DNA of 64,000 nucleotides from an uncultured Candidatus Saccharibacteria bacterium (GCA_964484655.1 CAZAFA010000003.1:28147-92146), one strand, 5' to 3'; counted from the first letter of the stretch, positions 27,086 through 36,927 are shown. Notes: generated from the sequence alone by a model not told the origin. A program made the numbers and translations.

Positions 27086-29203
27086 ATGAAGCTCGAGACG
27101 CCGCTGTCTGCCGTACCCGGCATCGGGCCGCGCATGCTCGTGCCGCTGGCACGCCTGGGGCTCCATACGGTCCGGGACCTCCTCTGGCACTTCCCGGTCC
27201 GCTACGACGATTTCGTGGGCGTCGTGCCGATCGCCGAACTCGAGGCGGGCGCACAGGCGACCGTGTTCGCCGAGGTGACCGAGCTCGAGACCCGGCGCTC
27301 CTTCCGCAAGAAGCTGACCATCACCCAGGCGACCCTGACCGACGAGACCGGTTCGGTGCACGCGACCTGGTTCCAGCCCTACATGGCACAGCAGCTAGCG
27401 CCAGGCATCCGCGGGTACTTCGCCGGCAAGGTCGCCCAGCGGGACGGCCGGATTGAGCTGCCTGGTCCCGTCTTCGAGCGGGCGCGAGACCAGGGCGCGC
27501 AGCGCCATACCGGGCGCCTGGTACCGGTCTACCCCGAGACGCGCGGCATCACCTCGCGCGGCCTGCGCTACCTCATCATGCCGATCCTCGAGCAGATCGA
27601 CGCGCTTCTCGACCCGCTCGCCGGCGCGGCGGAGCAAGCCGGCTATCCGGACCGGCTCGAGGCCTTGCGCGCGGTGCACTTCCCGGACTCGCGCGACGAG
27701 GCGGCGCGCGCCCTGGACCGGTTCGCCTTCGAGGACCTGTTCGTCCTGCAGCTGGCGAACGCGCTCTCCAAGGCCGAGCTCGTCCAGAGCGCCGCGCGTC
27801 CGCTCGCCGTTCCCGTCGAGGAGCTCAAGGCGATGGTCGCGGCGCTCCCGTTCGCTCTGACGAAGCCGCAGAAGGCGGCGCTCTGGGAGGTCCTCCAGGA
27901 TATGGAGCGTCCGCATCCGATGAACCGCCTCGTGCAGGGGGACGTCGGCTCCGGCAAGACCGTCGTGGCCGTCCTCTCCTCCCACGTCGCGGCGCGCGCC
28001 GGAGCCCAGGCGGCGCTCATGGCCCCGACCGACGTCCTCGCGCGCCAGCATTTCGCCACGTTCACAAAGGCGCAGTCCTGGCTCGACGGGACCGGCGACC
28101 TCCCTACTGTCGCCCTCATCTCAGGTAATCACGGCGAGATCCTCTATCCTGAAGGCCTCCGCGCGGAGATGAAGCCCGCGAAGGTCCGCGCGCTGATCGC
28201 TGCCGGCTCGGTGGACATCGCGGTGGGAACCCACGCGCTCATCTCGGGAGGTACCGCCTTCCCGCGCCTGGGACTGGTCGTCATCGACGAGCAGCACCGG
28301 TTCGGCGTCGATCAGCGCAAGGCGCTCGTCGGCAGCGGCGCGAAGCTCCCCCACTTCCTGAGCATGACGGCCACGCCGATCCCGCGCACCGTCATGCTCA
28401 CGGCGTTCGGGGACCTCTCGACCTCGCTGATCACCGAGCTGCCGGCAGGGAGGCAGCCGATCCGGACGGTGATCGTCGAGCCTGGAGGCCGCGACGCCCT
28501 CTACCGGGAGCTCGACGCGCAGATCGGCGAAGGCAGGCAGGTGTTCCTGGTCTGTCCCCTGATCGAGCACGCCGAGCCGGACGAGACGCTCTCGCCTGCC
28601 GCCCGCGCGAAGCAGGAAGCGCTGCTCGAGGCCAGGTCGGTCGCCCAGGCCGCGGATCATGCCCGGGAAGCCCTCCCGCACCGGCACGTGGCAACGCTCC
28701 ACGGGAAGATGAAGGCCGCCGAGAAGGCGGAGGTCATGGCGGACCTCGTCGCCGGGCACATCGACGTGCTGGTAGCCACCACGGTCATCGAGGTCGGCGT
28801 CGACGTGCCGAACGCTTCCGTGATGGTCGTCGAGAGCGCGGACCGGTTCGGCCTCGCGCAACTCCATCAGCTCCGCGGCAGGATCGGCCGCGGCGGCCAC
28901 TCCTCGACCTGCTACCTCATCGCTGAGTCCGCCTCGAGGACTTCCCGGGAGCGGCTGCAGCTCCTCGCGACGACGTCGGACGGGTTCGCGCTCGCCGAGC
29001 ACGACCTGCGCCTGCGCGGTCCCGGCCAGCTTCTCGGCAGCCAGCAGAGCGGCCTGCCGGACCTGGCCATGCGTCACATGGGGAACGCGCGGCTGGTGAA
29101 GGCCGCCCGCGACGCGGTCGGCGCGACGCTCGCCTCGGGCGGCGTCACGCGCGACATGCTCCGCGAGGTCGCGCGCCTGCGCGCGCGGATGCATCGGGAA
29201 TAA
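27086..29203 (+). CDS. recG: ATP-dependent DNA helicase RecG
   Basis: ORF 26960..29203 trimmed to MKLETPLSAVPGIGPRM. Wedge domain, GDVGSGKT Walker A, DEQHRFG, helicase C motifs. Confidence 0.85.
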   Translation: MKLETPLSAVPGIGPRMLVPLARLGLHTVRDLLWHFPVRYDDFVGVVPIAELEAGAQATVFAEVTELETRRSFRKKLTITQATLTDETGSVHATWFQPYMAQQLAPGIRGYFAGKVAQRDGRIELPGPVFERARDQGAQRHTGRLVPVYPETRGITSRGLRYLIMPILEQIDALLDPLAGAAEQAGYPDRLEALRAVHFPDSRDEAARALDRFAFEDLFVLQLANALSKAELVQSAARPLAVPVEELKAMVAALPFALTKPQKAALWEVLQDMERPHPMNRLVQGDVGSGKTVVAVLSSHVAARAGAQAALMAPTDVLARQHFATFTKAQSWLDGTGDLPTVALISGNHGEILYPEGLRAEMKPAKVRALIAAGSVDIAVGTHALISGGTAFPRLGLVVIDEQHRFGVDQRKALVGSGAKLPHFLSMTATPIPRTVMLTAFGDLSTSLITELPAGRQPIRTVIVEPGGRDALYRELDAQIGEGRQVFLVCPLIEHAEPDETLSPAARAKQEALLEARSVAQAADHAREALPHRHVATLHGKMKAAEKAEVMADLVAGHIDVLVATTVIEVGVDVPNASVMVVESADRFGLAQLHQLRGRIGRGGHSSTCYLIAESASRTSRERLQLLATTSDGFALAEHDLRLRGPGQLLGSQQSGLPDLAMRHMGNARLVKAARDAVGATLASGGVTRDMLREVARLRARMHRE

Positions 29204-29220
29204 ACCCTATACTGAGGATC

Positions 29221-30561
29221 ATGGCACGCCGCACCGGCCCGCTGGTAGCGCTCGCAGGCATCGCCGCCCTCGCGGCGCTCTGCGTCGCCTCGCCGCGCTT
29301 CCTCGCCTTCTTCCATCACTACGCGAACTTCCTCGCCGTCGGGAGATCCTCGACGAAGCTGGCCGCGCTCGGCATCCTCGCGGCGATCGCCTGCGTCGCG
29401 CTCCTCATGCGTCCTCTGATGGCGGAATCACGTGCACGCAAGCTCCTCCACGGATGCCTCTACGCGCTGCTCGGCATCTCGCTGCTCTCCACGCTCGGCA
29501 TGGCTCTCCTGGGCGCGCGCATGGGCGTCCCCCTCAACACGACCTTCTACGCGGTCAACGACCGTGAGTTCAGCTTCAGCCACCTGACCCACAGCCATCT
29601 CCTCAGGCCAGTCAGCTATCCGGCACAGGCTGTCGTCAGCAACGAGGTCGGCACCGCATGGTTCGACGTGCTGCGTACGTTCTTCGGGATACCCCGTCCG
29701 GCGCTCGTCGCATTCTACGGCGCCTATGCGGCCTTCCTCGCCGTACTCGGCATCGCGAGCCTCGCGTACCTCCAGCACCTGCGCGGCGGCGCGCTCATCG
29801 CGCTCTATCTCGCCGGCATCGCCGCGGTCCTCAAGAGCGGCGTGGACGGCGCGTTCCTGGACCTCGCGGCGCTGCTCGGGATCCTCGTCATCGGATGGAT
29901 GCTGCGGGACCGCTTCCTGGCGCTGCTGCCGGTTCCCTTCCTCGTCTTGAACGCGTACGTCTGGTTCACGCCGACCTACGGCGCGCAGCTCGCCGTCAGC
30001 CTCATGCTCTTCGGATGCCTCGCGCTGATCCTCGCCGCGACGCGTTCCCGCGGCATCCTCCGCCTCGCCAGCTCCGGGGCAGCCCTGCTCGTCGCGCTCG
30101 CCTTCGTCTGGGGCGGGAGCCGGGTCTCCTTCTTCGGCGGCGACGCAGAAGCCGCGACGCCTTCGGACGAGCCTGTCATCCCGGCCCAGCAGGCCGTGTA
30201 CTTCCTCCCGCGCGGATCCGGCTTCCCGCAACGGGTCACGACGACCGCGACGACGAGCCCGGCTGCGTTCGTGCGCGCGCACGACGCGGTCTTCGAGAAC
30301 CTCCAGGAATCGCTGCGCATGCCAGACAGCACCTGCCGCGAAGGCCAGCGGCAGATGCTCCTCACGAGGATACGCATCTTCACGCCGGCTGCGGAAGCCG
30401 CGGAGTCGTTCAGCGTGCCCCCCTGGATCGAAGCTGCCTACAGCAACGGGTACTACCGCGTCACCATGGATTCCTGCATGCCGAACCTCCTGCCTTCGCT
30501 GGTCAGGACCGTGAAGACGAGGTTCCCTGACGAGGTCATCGTGATCGCCTTCCTGCGCTAG
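29221..30561 (+). CDS. Polytopic membrane protein (about 9 TM) with a C-terminal soluble domain, function unknown
   Basis: 446-aa ORF with many hydrophobic helices. Convergent with, and overlapping by 26 nt, the CarS-like gene. Confidence 0.5.
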   Translation: MARRTGPLVALAGIAALAALCVASPRFLAFFHHYANFLAVGRSSTKLAALGILAAIACVALLMRPLMAESRARKLLHGCLYALLGISLLSTLGMALLGARMGVPLNTTFYAVNDREFSFSHLTHSHLLRPVSYPAQAVVSNEVGTAWFDVLRTFFGIPRPALVAFYGAYAAFLAVLGIASLAYLQHLRGGALIALYLAGIAAVLKSGVDGAFLDLAALLGILVIGWMLRDRFLALLPVPFLVLNAYVWFTPTYGAQLAVSLMLFGCLALILAATRSRGILRLASSGAALLVALAFVWGGSRVSFFGGDAEAATPSDEPVIPAQQAVYFLPRGSGFPQRVTTTATTSPAAFVRAHDAVFENLQESLRMPDSTCREGQRQMLLTRIRIFTPAAEAAESFSVPPWIEAAYSNGYYRVTMDSCMPNLLPSLVRTVKTRFPDEVIVIAFLR

Positions 30562-31066
30562 CGGCGTGCAGGGCAGCAGAGCGGATGCCGAACGCCGCCG
30601 CCGCGGCGTTCGCGGTCGCCTGGAACCCGAAGACGAAGACGAGGTAATATACAGCTGAGAATCCTGGCGGATGCACGTCCAGGAGAGACAAGCCGATGAT
30701 CACCGCCAGCGCGTAGTCGACGTGGTCGAGTACCGACCGCGTGCCCTCCTTCATGCCCAGCCGGCGCTTGACGAAGCTGCTCGCGAGAGTGCCGGCAAGC
30801 GCGAAGAGCCCGAGCATGAAGCCGAGCCTCGGATCGCCTTGCAGCCATCCCACCGTCCCGGCGCAGAGTACAATGAACGCGGAACCGGCGACGGTACGGC
30901 TGTCCCCGAGGATGCGATGGCGGCCGAGACGTCGCCCGCCATCGAGCGGCGTCGCGGGCAGGATCCGCCAGCGCGCGATCAGGAAGTACCAGAAGACGGC
31001 GGTCGCGGCGTTCGCGATCCAAGCAGGAGCACCGTACCACACGGTGCTCATGAGCAGATCGATCAT
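30536..31066 (-). CDS. CDP-archaeol synthase-like (DUF46/CarS family) CTP-transferase membrane protein
   Basis: WRILPATPLDGGRRLGRHRILGDSRT and C-terminal SFVKRRLGMKEGTRSVLDHVD match the CarS/CdsA-superfamily signature. 176 aa, 4-5 TM. Its start overlaps the LamG gene stop (ATGA). Confidence 0.55.
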   Translation of the reverse strand: MIDLLMSTVWYGAPAWIANAATAVFWYFLIARWRILPATPLDGGRRLGRHRILGDSRTVAGSAFIVLCAGTVGWLQGDPRLGFMLGLFALAGTLASSFVKRRLGMKEGTRSVLDHVDYALAVIIGLSLLDVHPPGFSAVYYLVFVFGFQATANAAAAAFGIRSAALHAASAGRRSR

Positions 31067-32718
31067 CTAGGCGTCATCGGGTCTGGGGGTTCGTCGCCGC
31101 CGCCCGGAGGAGGCGCTCCAAAGTACAAATTATGCAAGGCGATGATATCGCTCTGGCTAAGGGCCCCGTTATAGATGCGCAGCTCGTCAATGGTGATGTC
31201 ACCATCTCCCTTGTTACCGAGGCTCATATAGTCTCCGAATATTGACGTTTCGCTCGATGCAGGATGCGAAGGATTGCTCCCATACGTCTCGAAGAGCAGG
31301 ATGCCATCCTGATACACCATGCCATGCCCACCCTCGCGAACAATGGTTATCATCTTCCAACTATACGGGGCAAGCGTGTTGGTATTAGCTGAAAGCCAGG
31401 TAGCCCATCCTCCGTCAGCTTTTGACTCACCAAAAAAGGACCAACCGCTTGGGTCTCCACCGTATCCCGAGATGCGACTTCCCGCCTGTAGGCGAATATG
31501 GTAATCGACCTGCAATCCGTCGAGGTCACCCTTCTTGAAGACATTCCATTGCCGAGATGAATCAGACACGGACCCGTCCGCGTTAACGTTCCATAGGAAG
31601 TTGATACTCATATCTCCAGGGAGCTGCATGGACGGTGAATCGGGCACGGTCATTCGATTGTTTGAAAAGAGCATACCTGTGTTGCTGAAGCCGGCTGGCC
31701 ACGAATTTATGTCGAAGGTGCCATAGTTCAAATATTCACTGTTGTCTCCAGCGGTATTGCCGCTACCCTCGTCAAAAGACCAATGTCCGACTAATGTCGC
31801 GATTACTCCGCAAGTATTGTTCGCGTTGTAGATGCTGTCATTACAGTCGATGCCTACCTGCTGTATATAGCGCCGCCTGCCGTTGGTAGGAGCGGAATCT
31901 TGCAGATACATCGTACTGGCCGCAGGATAACCGTCTGCATCAGAGTCAACCTGCCAGATGTTTGTCTGAAGGATGGCACAGCCGCCGCAGAGCGCGATAC
32001 TTCCGTTCGAAAGGATCGAAATTTGCATACCGCTGTTGAAAGCGAAGTTTGCATTAAGCGTCAAGGAATTATTGATGGTAACGTTGCCGTTATCGACTCC
32101 GTCCGCTGACGATATGACGCAGGGATCGTCCTTGTCCCCAAGGGTATAGTCGCCTCCTGGTGGAATACCGCAGGCGTCGGACCAAGCGAGAACCACTGAT
32201 GAGGAATCATTACCTGCCTCGGCCGTGATGGTCGTATAGTACTTGGTGTTATGCGTGTCGTGCACGACCCACTCTCCACGATAGCGTCCGCGAATAACCT
32301 CATCTGCAAAAGCATTCTGCGTATTGGTCTTTTCGCGACCAGCTACGAAGCCGGCAAGCCGATCCGGCACAGCCTCAGCAACTCCGACATAAGCTAGATT
32401 CAACCGAACGATCTTGTTGTCAGTCTCAATGTCAGCATAGACCGCAGTGACCGGTCCGCGAGATTCGATGACCGCCTCGATGACCTGCGTGTCGCCGACG
32501 TGCACATCAGGCGGGTTGATCGTCGCCTGGACGATCTTCGGCCATACCTCGGCCGCCTGTGCGATCGAGTAAGTCTGCTCGCCGCTCGGCAGGTTCGCGA
32601 GAGGTCCCGTTGGTGCAGGTTTGTCGAGCTTGTCGTAGTAGCTTATCGGGAGGAGTGCGAGCACCGCAATCGCGAGAAGGCTCCCCGCTCCTAAGCCGAA
32701 CATGAGTTTCCTATTCAT
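31063..32718 (-). CDS. Secreted or anchored protein with a C-terminal LamG/concanavalin-like lectin domain. Locally lower GC.
   Basis: N-terminal signal/TM (MNRKLMFGLGAGSLLAIAVLALL). C-terminal LVGHWSFDEGSGNTAGDNSEYLNYGT...LRIYNGALSQSDIIAL is typical of the Laminin_G_3 domain. Asn/Ser/Gly/Cys-rich middle. Confidence 0.6.
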   Translation of the reverse strand: MNRKLMFGLGAGSLLAIAVLALLPISYYDKLDKPAPTGPLANLPSGEQTYSIAQAAEVWPKIVQATINPPDVHVGDTQVIEAVIESRGPVTAVYADIETDNKIVRLNLAYVGVAEAVPDRLAGFVAGREKTNTQNAFADEVIRGRYRGEWVVHDTHNTKYYTTITAEAGNDSSSVVLAWSDACGIPPGGDYTLGDKDDPCVISSADGVDNGNVTINNSLTLNANFAFNSGMQISILSNGSIALCGGCAILQTNIWQVDSDADGYPAASTMYLQDSAPTNGRRRYIQQVGIDCNDSIYNANNTCGVIATLVGHWSFDEGSGNTAGDNSEYLNYGTFDINSWPAGFSNTGMLFSNNRMTVPDSPSMQLPGDMSINFLWNVNADGSVSDSSRQWNVFKKGDLDGLQVDYHIRLQAGSRISGYGGDPSGWSFFGESKADGGWATWLSANTNTLAPYSWKMITIVREGGHGMVYQDGILLFETYGSNPSHPASSETSIFGDYMSLGNKGDGDITIDELRIYNGALSQSDIIALHNLYFGAPPPGGGDEPPDPMTPR

Positions 32719-32721
32719 GCT

Positions 32722-35700
32722 CTACGGGATTATGAAGCCGGTCGCCTTGTCGGTTGTGCGGTTGCTCCACGAATCAGCATCGAACCGCGGCGCGGTAAAG
32801 CGATAGCTGACCTCGACCGAGTCGCGCTTCTCGAACGGGGTAGCGATGATGGTCAGCGTGCCGTCGCCCTTCTCGTAGCGTACGCGGCCGTCGAAGCCAG
32901 GAGTCAGGAGGATTGAGGCCTTCGGTAGATGCTTGCGGATGTCGGTCACCTTGCCGAAGAGCCAGAGATCGGAGCCATGGTCCTCCTTGGCGAAGTCGAT
33001 GAGCTTCACGCAGCGGCCGTCCACGCATGAAATCTCGAGATCGCCAGCGACCTCTTCCTTCACGCCGATCATACCGGCCATGTAGGTCGCGAACTTTTCG
33101 TTTCCAATCTGATAGATCGGGTCGATAGTACCGACGTTGATCTTTCCTGCGCCATCTCCGATGGTGAGCGTATCCCCTGAGCTGGTACCGATTCGCGCGG
33201 TCGTGCCGCCGGCGCTTGCGACGTCGAGCAGGTACCCCGGCGTCTTGGTGCCGATACCCACGTTGCCGCTCGCGAAGAAGGTGTAGACTCCGCCGCCGCC
33301 GCCTGACGCGAGAGCGATCTGGTTGGTGGTCGTGCCGAGATACCCGTTGCGGAACTGGATCGCCGACCACCAACTCCCCTCACCTTCGATCGTCAGGCCG
33401 TTGTAGCCGTTGTCATAGATCCGGTTGCTGATGCTGCCGTTGCTGTGCCAGGCAAGCGAGGATGAGGTGTTCATGATCAGGCGATCCGTGGATCCGAAGT
33501 TCGGGAAGGCAGAGGCGCCTGAGATTCCAAGTACTAAGTTTCCGCTCTGCGTGATGCTGGCGATTTCGTTGCCGCCTGTGTTGAAGATACCGAGGCGATT
33601 TGCTGGAAGGCTCACGTCGTTGCTGCCACGGTTATCGACGAACCAGGTGTTCGAATTGCTCGTGAAGTTGATGCCGGCGATACCAGATCCCGTGCTCGCG
33701 GCTATCCGCGCCTGGCTGCTGCCGGTTGTGCCGACGCTCAAGAGGTTACCGCTGGCGGTTGTACTCAGCGTCACAGTGCCTGGGAACGTGTAGTTCCCGC
33801 CGCCGGTGTTCGCGCCGAAACTTCCCGAAGAAACGTTGGCTGCCGCGATCGTGCCACTGCCGCTGGCTGCGGTTGTCTGTGTCGTGCCGTCCGGGAAACG
33901 GAATCCGCCCGACGAGCTATAGATGGTACCAGCGACTGTAAGCTTGTAGCCAGGCGTCGTTGTGGCAATACCTACGTTTCCGTTCGCTTGTATCTTCATC
34001 AAATTACCGCCACCCGCGCTTGTGAACTGCCAGTATTCATTAGTTCCACAGCCGGTCGAACCAAAGGTAACTTGCTGCGCTCCTGCTATGTACTGGGCGA
34101 ACATACCGCAGGAATCAGCAGCATTATTCGCGAAATAAAGTGCCCCACTTCCAATATCAAGGCGTCCACTTGGTGTAGCGATGCCAATACCGACGCTCCC
34201 GTCTGATCGAACGGTGAGGCGCTGCGTGCCACCAGTTGAAAGACTGATGGTGTCGCCTCCGCTCCAATACAAACCTGTATTGGTATCACCTATCGCGGCC
34301 AGCGACGGTGCTGCCGCGGATCCGTTCGTCATCCCAACCGTGCCGTCGGCCATGACGCCAAAGTTGGTGCCCGTTCCACCGACACCTCCATCACCCGCGG
34401 GACCGACGCAGAAGCGATATGTGCCACCATAGCATCCTATGCCGACCTGCTGACCGAGGAAATAGGTATCCCAGCCACCGCCTGCGCCGATCACCGTGTT
34501 GCTCGGATTGTTGCTGTTACCGATGACAAGTCTGCCGAGCGGCTGATTCGATACCGCATTGAGCGTGGTGAAGCCGGCACCTCCTGTTGCACTCACGTTG
34601 AAGTAGTAATTACCGCTGGCATCACCGTTGAAGCGTACACTGCCAGGGAAGGTATAAATGCCGCCGCCAGTATTTGCCCCAAACTGTCCGGATGAAACAT
34701 TTGCGGCAGACATTGTTCCCGCTGCCGCCGTCGTCTGAGTCGTACCATCGGGGAACCGGAACCCACCTGAGGAGCTATGAATAGTGCCTACTACTTGGAG
34801 CTTGTACTGGGGATCGCTGGTGCCTATGCCGACATTACTAGTGCTCCAGTCAATATTGAGAAGATCGACCCCGGCCGTCTCGTCCCGAATGATGAAATCG
34901 TAGTAACGCCCGGTCACTGCAGCTCCGCCGTACGGAGTAAGGATGCTGTACGTCTTTGTGTTGGAGCCGTTACCTGACGCGATCCGCATCGCAGCATCGT
35001 TCTGGTACGTATTTGATCCAAGCTGGAGTAAGGATCCGGGGCTTGTCGTTCCGATACCCGTGTTGCCGTTAGCCAGAATTGTCATACGTACGTTCGCGTT
35101 CGTGCCAAAACTCAAGGGATGATTCGAATATGTGCCAAGAATCATGCCCGCTGGTGCGCCCCACCAACCGATCTCATGCGCGAGAACGCGTGCATCGATA
35201 GCTGCAGTACGAACTGATAGCTTCGCGTGGCTGGCGCCAAGGATATCGAGTACGCGGCTCCAACCCTCACTATTCTCTGGCGAAGTGGTCCCCACTACGA
35301 CATGCGCAGGAAAGGCGTAATTTCCGCCTCCAGTGTTAGCGCCGAACGAACCAGCGGAGATGTTTGCTGCTGCCATAGTACTACTTCCAGAAACAGCTGC
35401 CGTCGACTGTGTCGTACCGTCAGGGAACATGATGTAGCCCGCGCTAGTGATCGAAAGAAGTCTGGTGCCCGCGCTATTCTGGGTATCGATGATGTTTGCC
35501 GACTGGCTGGCTGCTCCGCGCACAACCATGACTGGCTGCGTCGCGGTCCAGGCATTGCCGAAGAAGTTCGCTGCCGACTGCGCGCTGCCGACGCCGAAGT
35601 AGGAGCGCATATTGGCCGTGTCATAACCGAAATTCGTGCCAAGGATACCGGTCGTGGTAATTCGGAACTGTTCTGTTGAATTTGGCCTGAATACAAACGG

Positions 35701-36354
35701 AAGTGAAGCATTAGTATCAAACCAGAGTCCGGTGCCTCCGTATCCGAAGATGGTTCCGACCGGGGATCCGTTACCAACAAAGCTAATTGTAGGATAGTAG
35801 CCCCCTGCAGGAGCATAGAGTGTCAGACCCGGGTTTACTGAGGACACGTCGGCATAGATACGACTACCGCCCAAACTCGTCCTGTTAATATCGAGATTAT
35901 ATGAGGGAGCGGTACCGATACCGACGCTTGAAGGGAAGGTATAGTTCCCGCCACCCGTGTTCGCACCGAACTGGCCCGAGGAGACGTTCGGGGCTGACAT
36001 GGTGCTGCCCAGCGCGGTCCCGTTCACAGTCAGCGTCCCCTGGACGTTGGTCGTGCCGTCGTTGCGCACCCAGAAGAGCGAGGATCCGGCGGAGTTGTAG
36101 GCGTGGACGGCATACGCCGCGGAGGTCGTGCCGCTGCCGTAGACGTTCAGGCGGTTCGCCGACGCGACCGTGCTCGATCCGATAGCGACGTTGTTACTCG
36201 CATCGGTCGCGATTGCGCCGCTGCCGACGCCGCCAGAACCGGAAGGCCCGATGAACGCGTCAGCGACGCTGATCGCGATCACGCCCGCTGCGATGAGGCC
36301 GGATACGCCGAGCGCGATCAGCCCGAACGCTGGTGATGACTGCCGGAGGCGCAT
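32722..36354 (-). CDS. Giant (1210 aa) Gly/Ser/Thr/Asn-rich cell-surface repeat protein with fibre-like, beta-helical-looking repeats
   Basis: N-terminal signal/TM (FGLIALGVSGLIAAGVIAISVADA). Four copies of an (M/I)SAANVSSG(Q/S)FGANTGGGNYTFPG motif and three copies of FRFPDGTTQTTAA. A compact C-terminal domain of about 110 aa. Confidence 0.6.
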   Translation of the reverse strand: MRLRQSSPAFGLIALGVSGLIAAGVIAISVADAFIGPSGSGGVGSGAIATDASNNVAIGSSTVASANRLNVYGSGTTSAAYAVHAYNSAGSSLFWVRNDGTTNVQGTLTVNGTALGSTMSAPNVSSGQFGANTGGGNYTFPSSVGIGTAPSYNLDINRTSLGGSRIYADVSSVNPGLTLYAPAGGYYPTISFVGNGSPVGTIFGYGGTGLWFDTNASLPFVFRPNSTEQFRITTTGILGTNFGYDTANMRSYFGVGSAQSAANFFGNAWTATQPVMVVRGAASQSANIIDTQNSAGTRLLSITSAGYIMFPDGTTQSTAAVSGSSTMAAANISAGSFGANTGGGNYAFPAHVVVGTTSPENSEGWSRVLDILGASHAKLSVRTAAIDARVLAHEIGWWGAPAGMILGTYSNHPLSFGTNANVRMTILANGNTGIGTTSPGSLLQLGSNTYQNDAAMRIASGNGSNTKTYSILTPYGGAAVTGRYYDFIIRDETAGVDLLNIDWSTSNVGIGTSDPQYKLQVVGTIHSSSGGFRFPDGTTQTTAAAGTMSAANVSSGQFGANTGGGIYTFPGSVRFNGDASGNYYFNVSATGGAGFTTLNAVSNQPLGRLVIGNSNNPSNTVIGAGGGWDTYFLGQQVGIGCYGGTYRFCVGPAGDGGVGGTGTNFGVMADGTVGMTNGSAAAPSLAAIGDTNTGLYWSGGDTISLSTGGTQRLTVRSDGSVGIGIATPSGRLDIGSGALYFANNAADSCGMFAQYIAGAQQVTFGSTGCGTNEYWQFTSAGGGNLMKIQANGNVGIATTTPGYKLTVAGTIYSSSGGFRFPDGTTQTTAASGSGTIAAANVSSGSFGANTGGGNYTFPGTVTLSTTASGNLLSVGTTGSSQARIAASTGSGIAGINFTSNSNTWFVDNRGSNDVSLPANRLGIFNTGGNEIASITQSGNLVLGISGASAFPNFGSTDRLIMNTSSSLAWHSNGSISNRIYDNGYNGLTIEGEGSWWSAIQFRNGYLGTTTNQIALASGGGGGVYTFFASGNVGIGTKTPGYLLDVASAGGTTARIGTSSGDTLTIGDGAGKINVGTIDPIYQIGNEKFATYMAGMIGVKEEVAGDLEISCVDGRCVKLIDFAKEDHGSDLWLFGKVTDIRKHLPKASILLTPGFDGRVRYEKGDGTLTIIATPFEKRDSVEVSYRFTAPRFDADSWSNRTTDKATGFIIP

Positions 36355-36363
36355 GGGTACCGC

Positions 36364-36927
36364 TTAGCGCGACGCGACGACGAGATAGCCGATCGGGCCT
36401 TGCGAGGGACCGCCGAGGTTGCTGCAGAAGAACTGGTACTTGCCGGTCGCGGTCGCAGGCGGCGTCACTTCGATGAGCTGTTCGCGCTGCGACGTGAACG
36501 TTGCAGAGAGCCCGAGGTCGGGCTGCACGAACGAGCAGGTGCCGCTGGTCGTCTTGAAGCGGATCGAGGTCGTATCGCCAGCGTGCACGATAACATTCGC
36601 AGGTGAGAACGTGTTTCCGTTGAACGTAATGTCGAACGTGCGCCGCTTTGCCTCGACACCCGGCGCGGCCGGAGCGACGCTTACCGGCACGGCGACATCG
36701 CCGCTTACCTGTGCGCCCGCGTCAGGTACGACGATGTCGGTTGGGACTTCGGACCGGGTCGTCGTCGTCGCTACACCTTGGTTCTGGTTGCCGTTCTGAC
36801 CTCCCTGTCCGGCGGGAGCCTTACGGGCGATCGACCAGCCGATGAGCAAGCCCGCAGCGAGAACCGCGGCGAGGATAGCTATCTCGGCGACCGTCACGAG
36901 ACGAGAGCGAGTTTCGGGGTTGTTCAT
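36364..36927 (-). CDS. Membrane-anchored extracytoplasmic protein with a weak resemblance to a cupredoxin-like beta-sandwich
   Basis: ORF trimmed to MNNPETRSRLVTVAEIAILAAVLAAGLLIGW (TM anchor). Low-complexity Gln/Asn/Gly linker, then a beta-rich domain ...VIVHAGDTTSIRFKTTSGTCSF...KYQFFCSNLGG. Confidence 0.4.
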   Translation of the reverse strand: MNNPETRSRLVTVAEIAILAAVLAAGLLIGWSIARKAPAGQGGQNGNQNQGVATTTTRSEVPTDIVVPDAGAQVSGDVAVPVSVAPAAPGVEAKRRTFDITFNGNTFSPANVIVHAGDTTSIRFKTTSGTCSFVQPDLGLSATFTSQREQLIEVTPPATATGKYQFFCSNLGGPSQGPIGYLVVASR

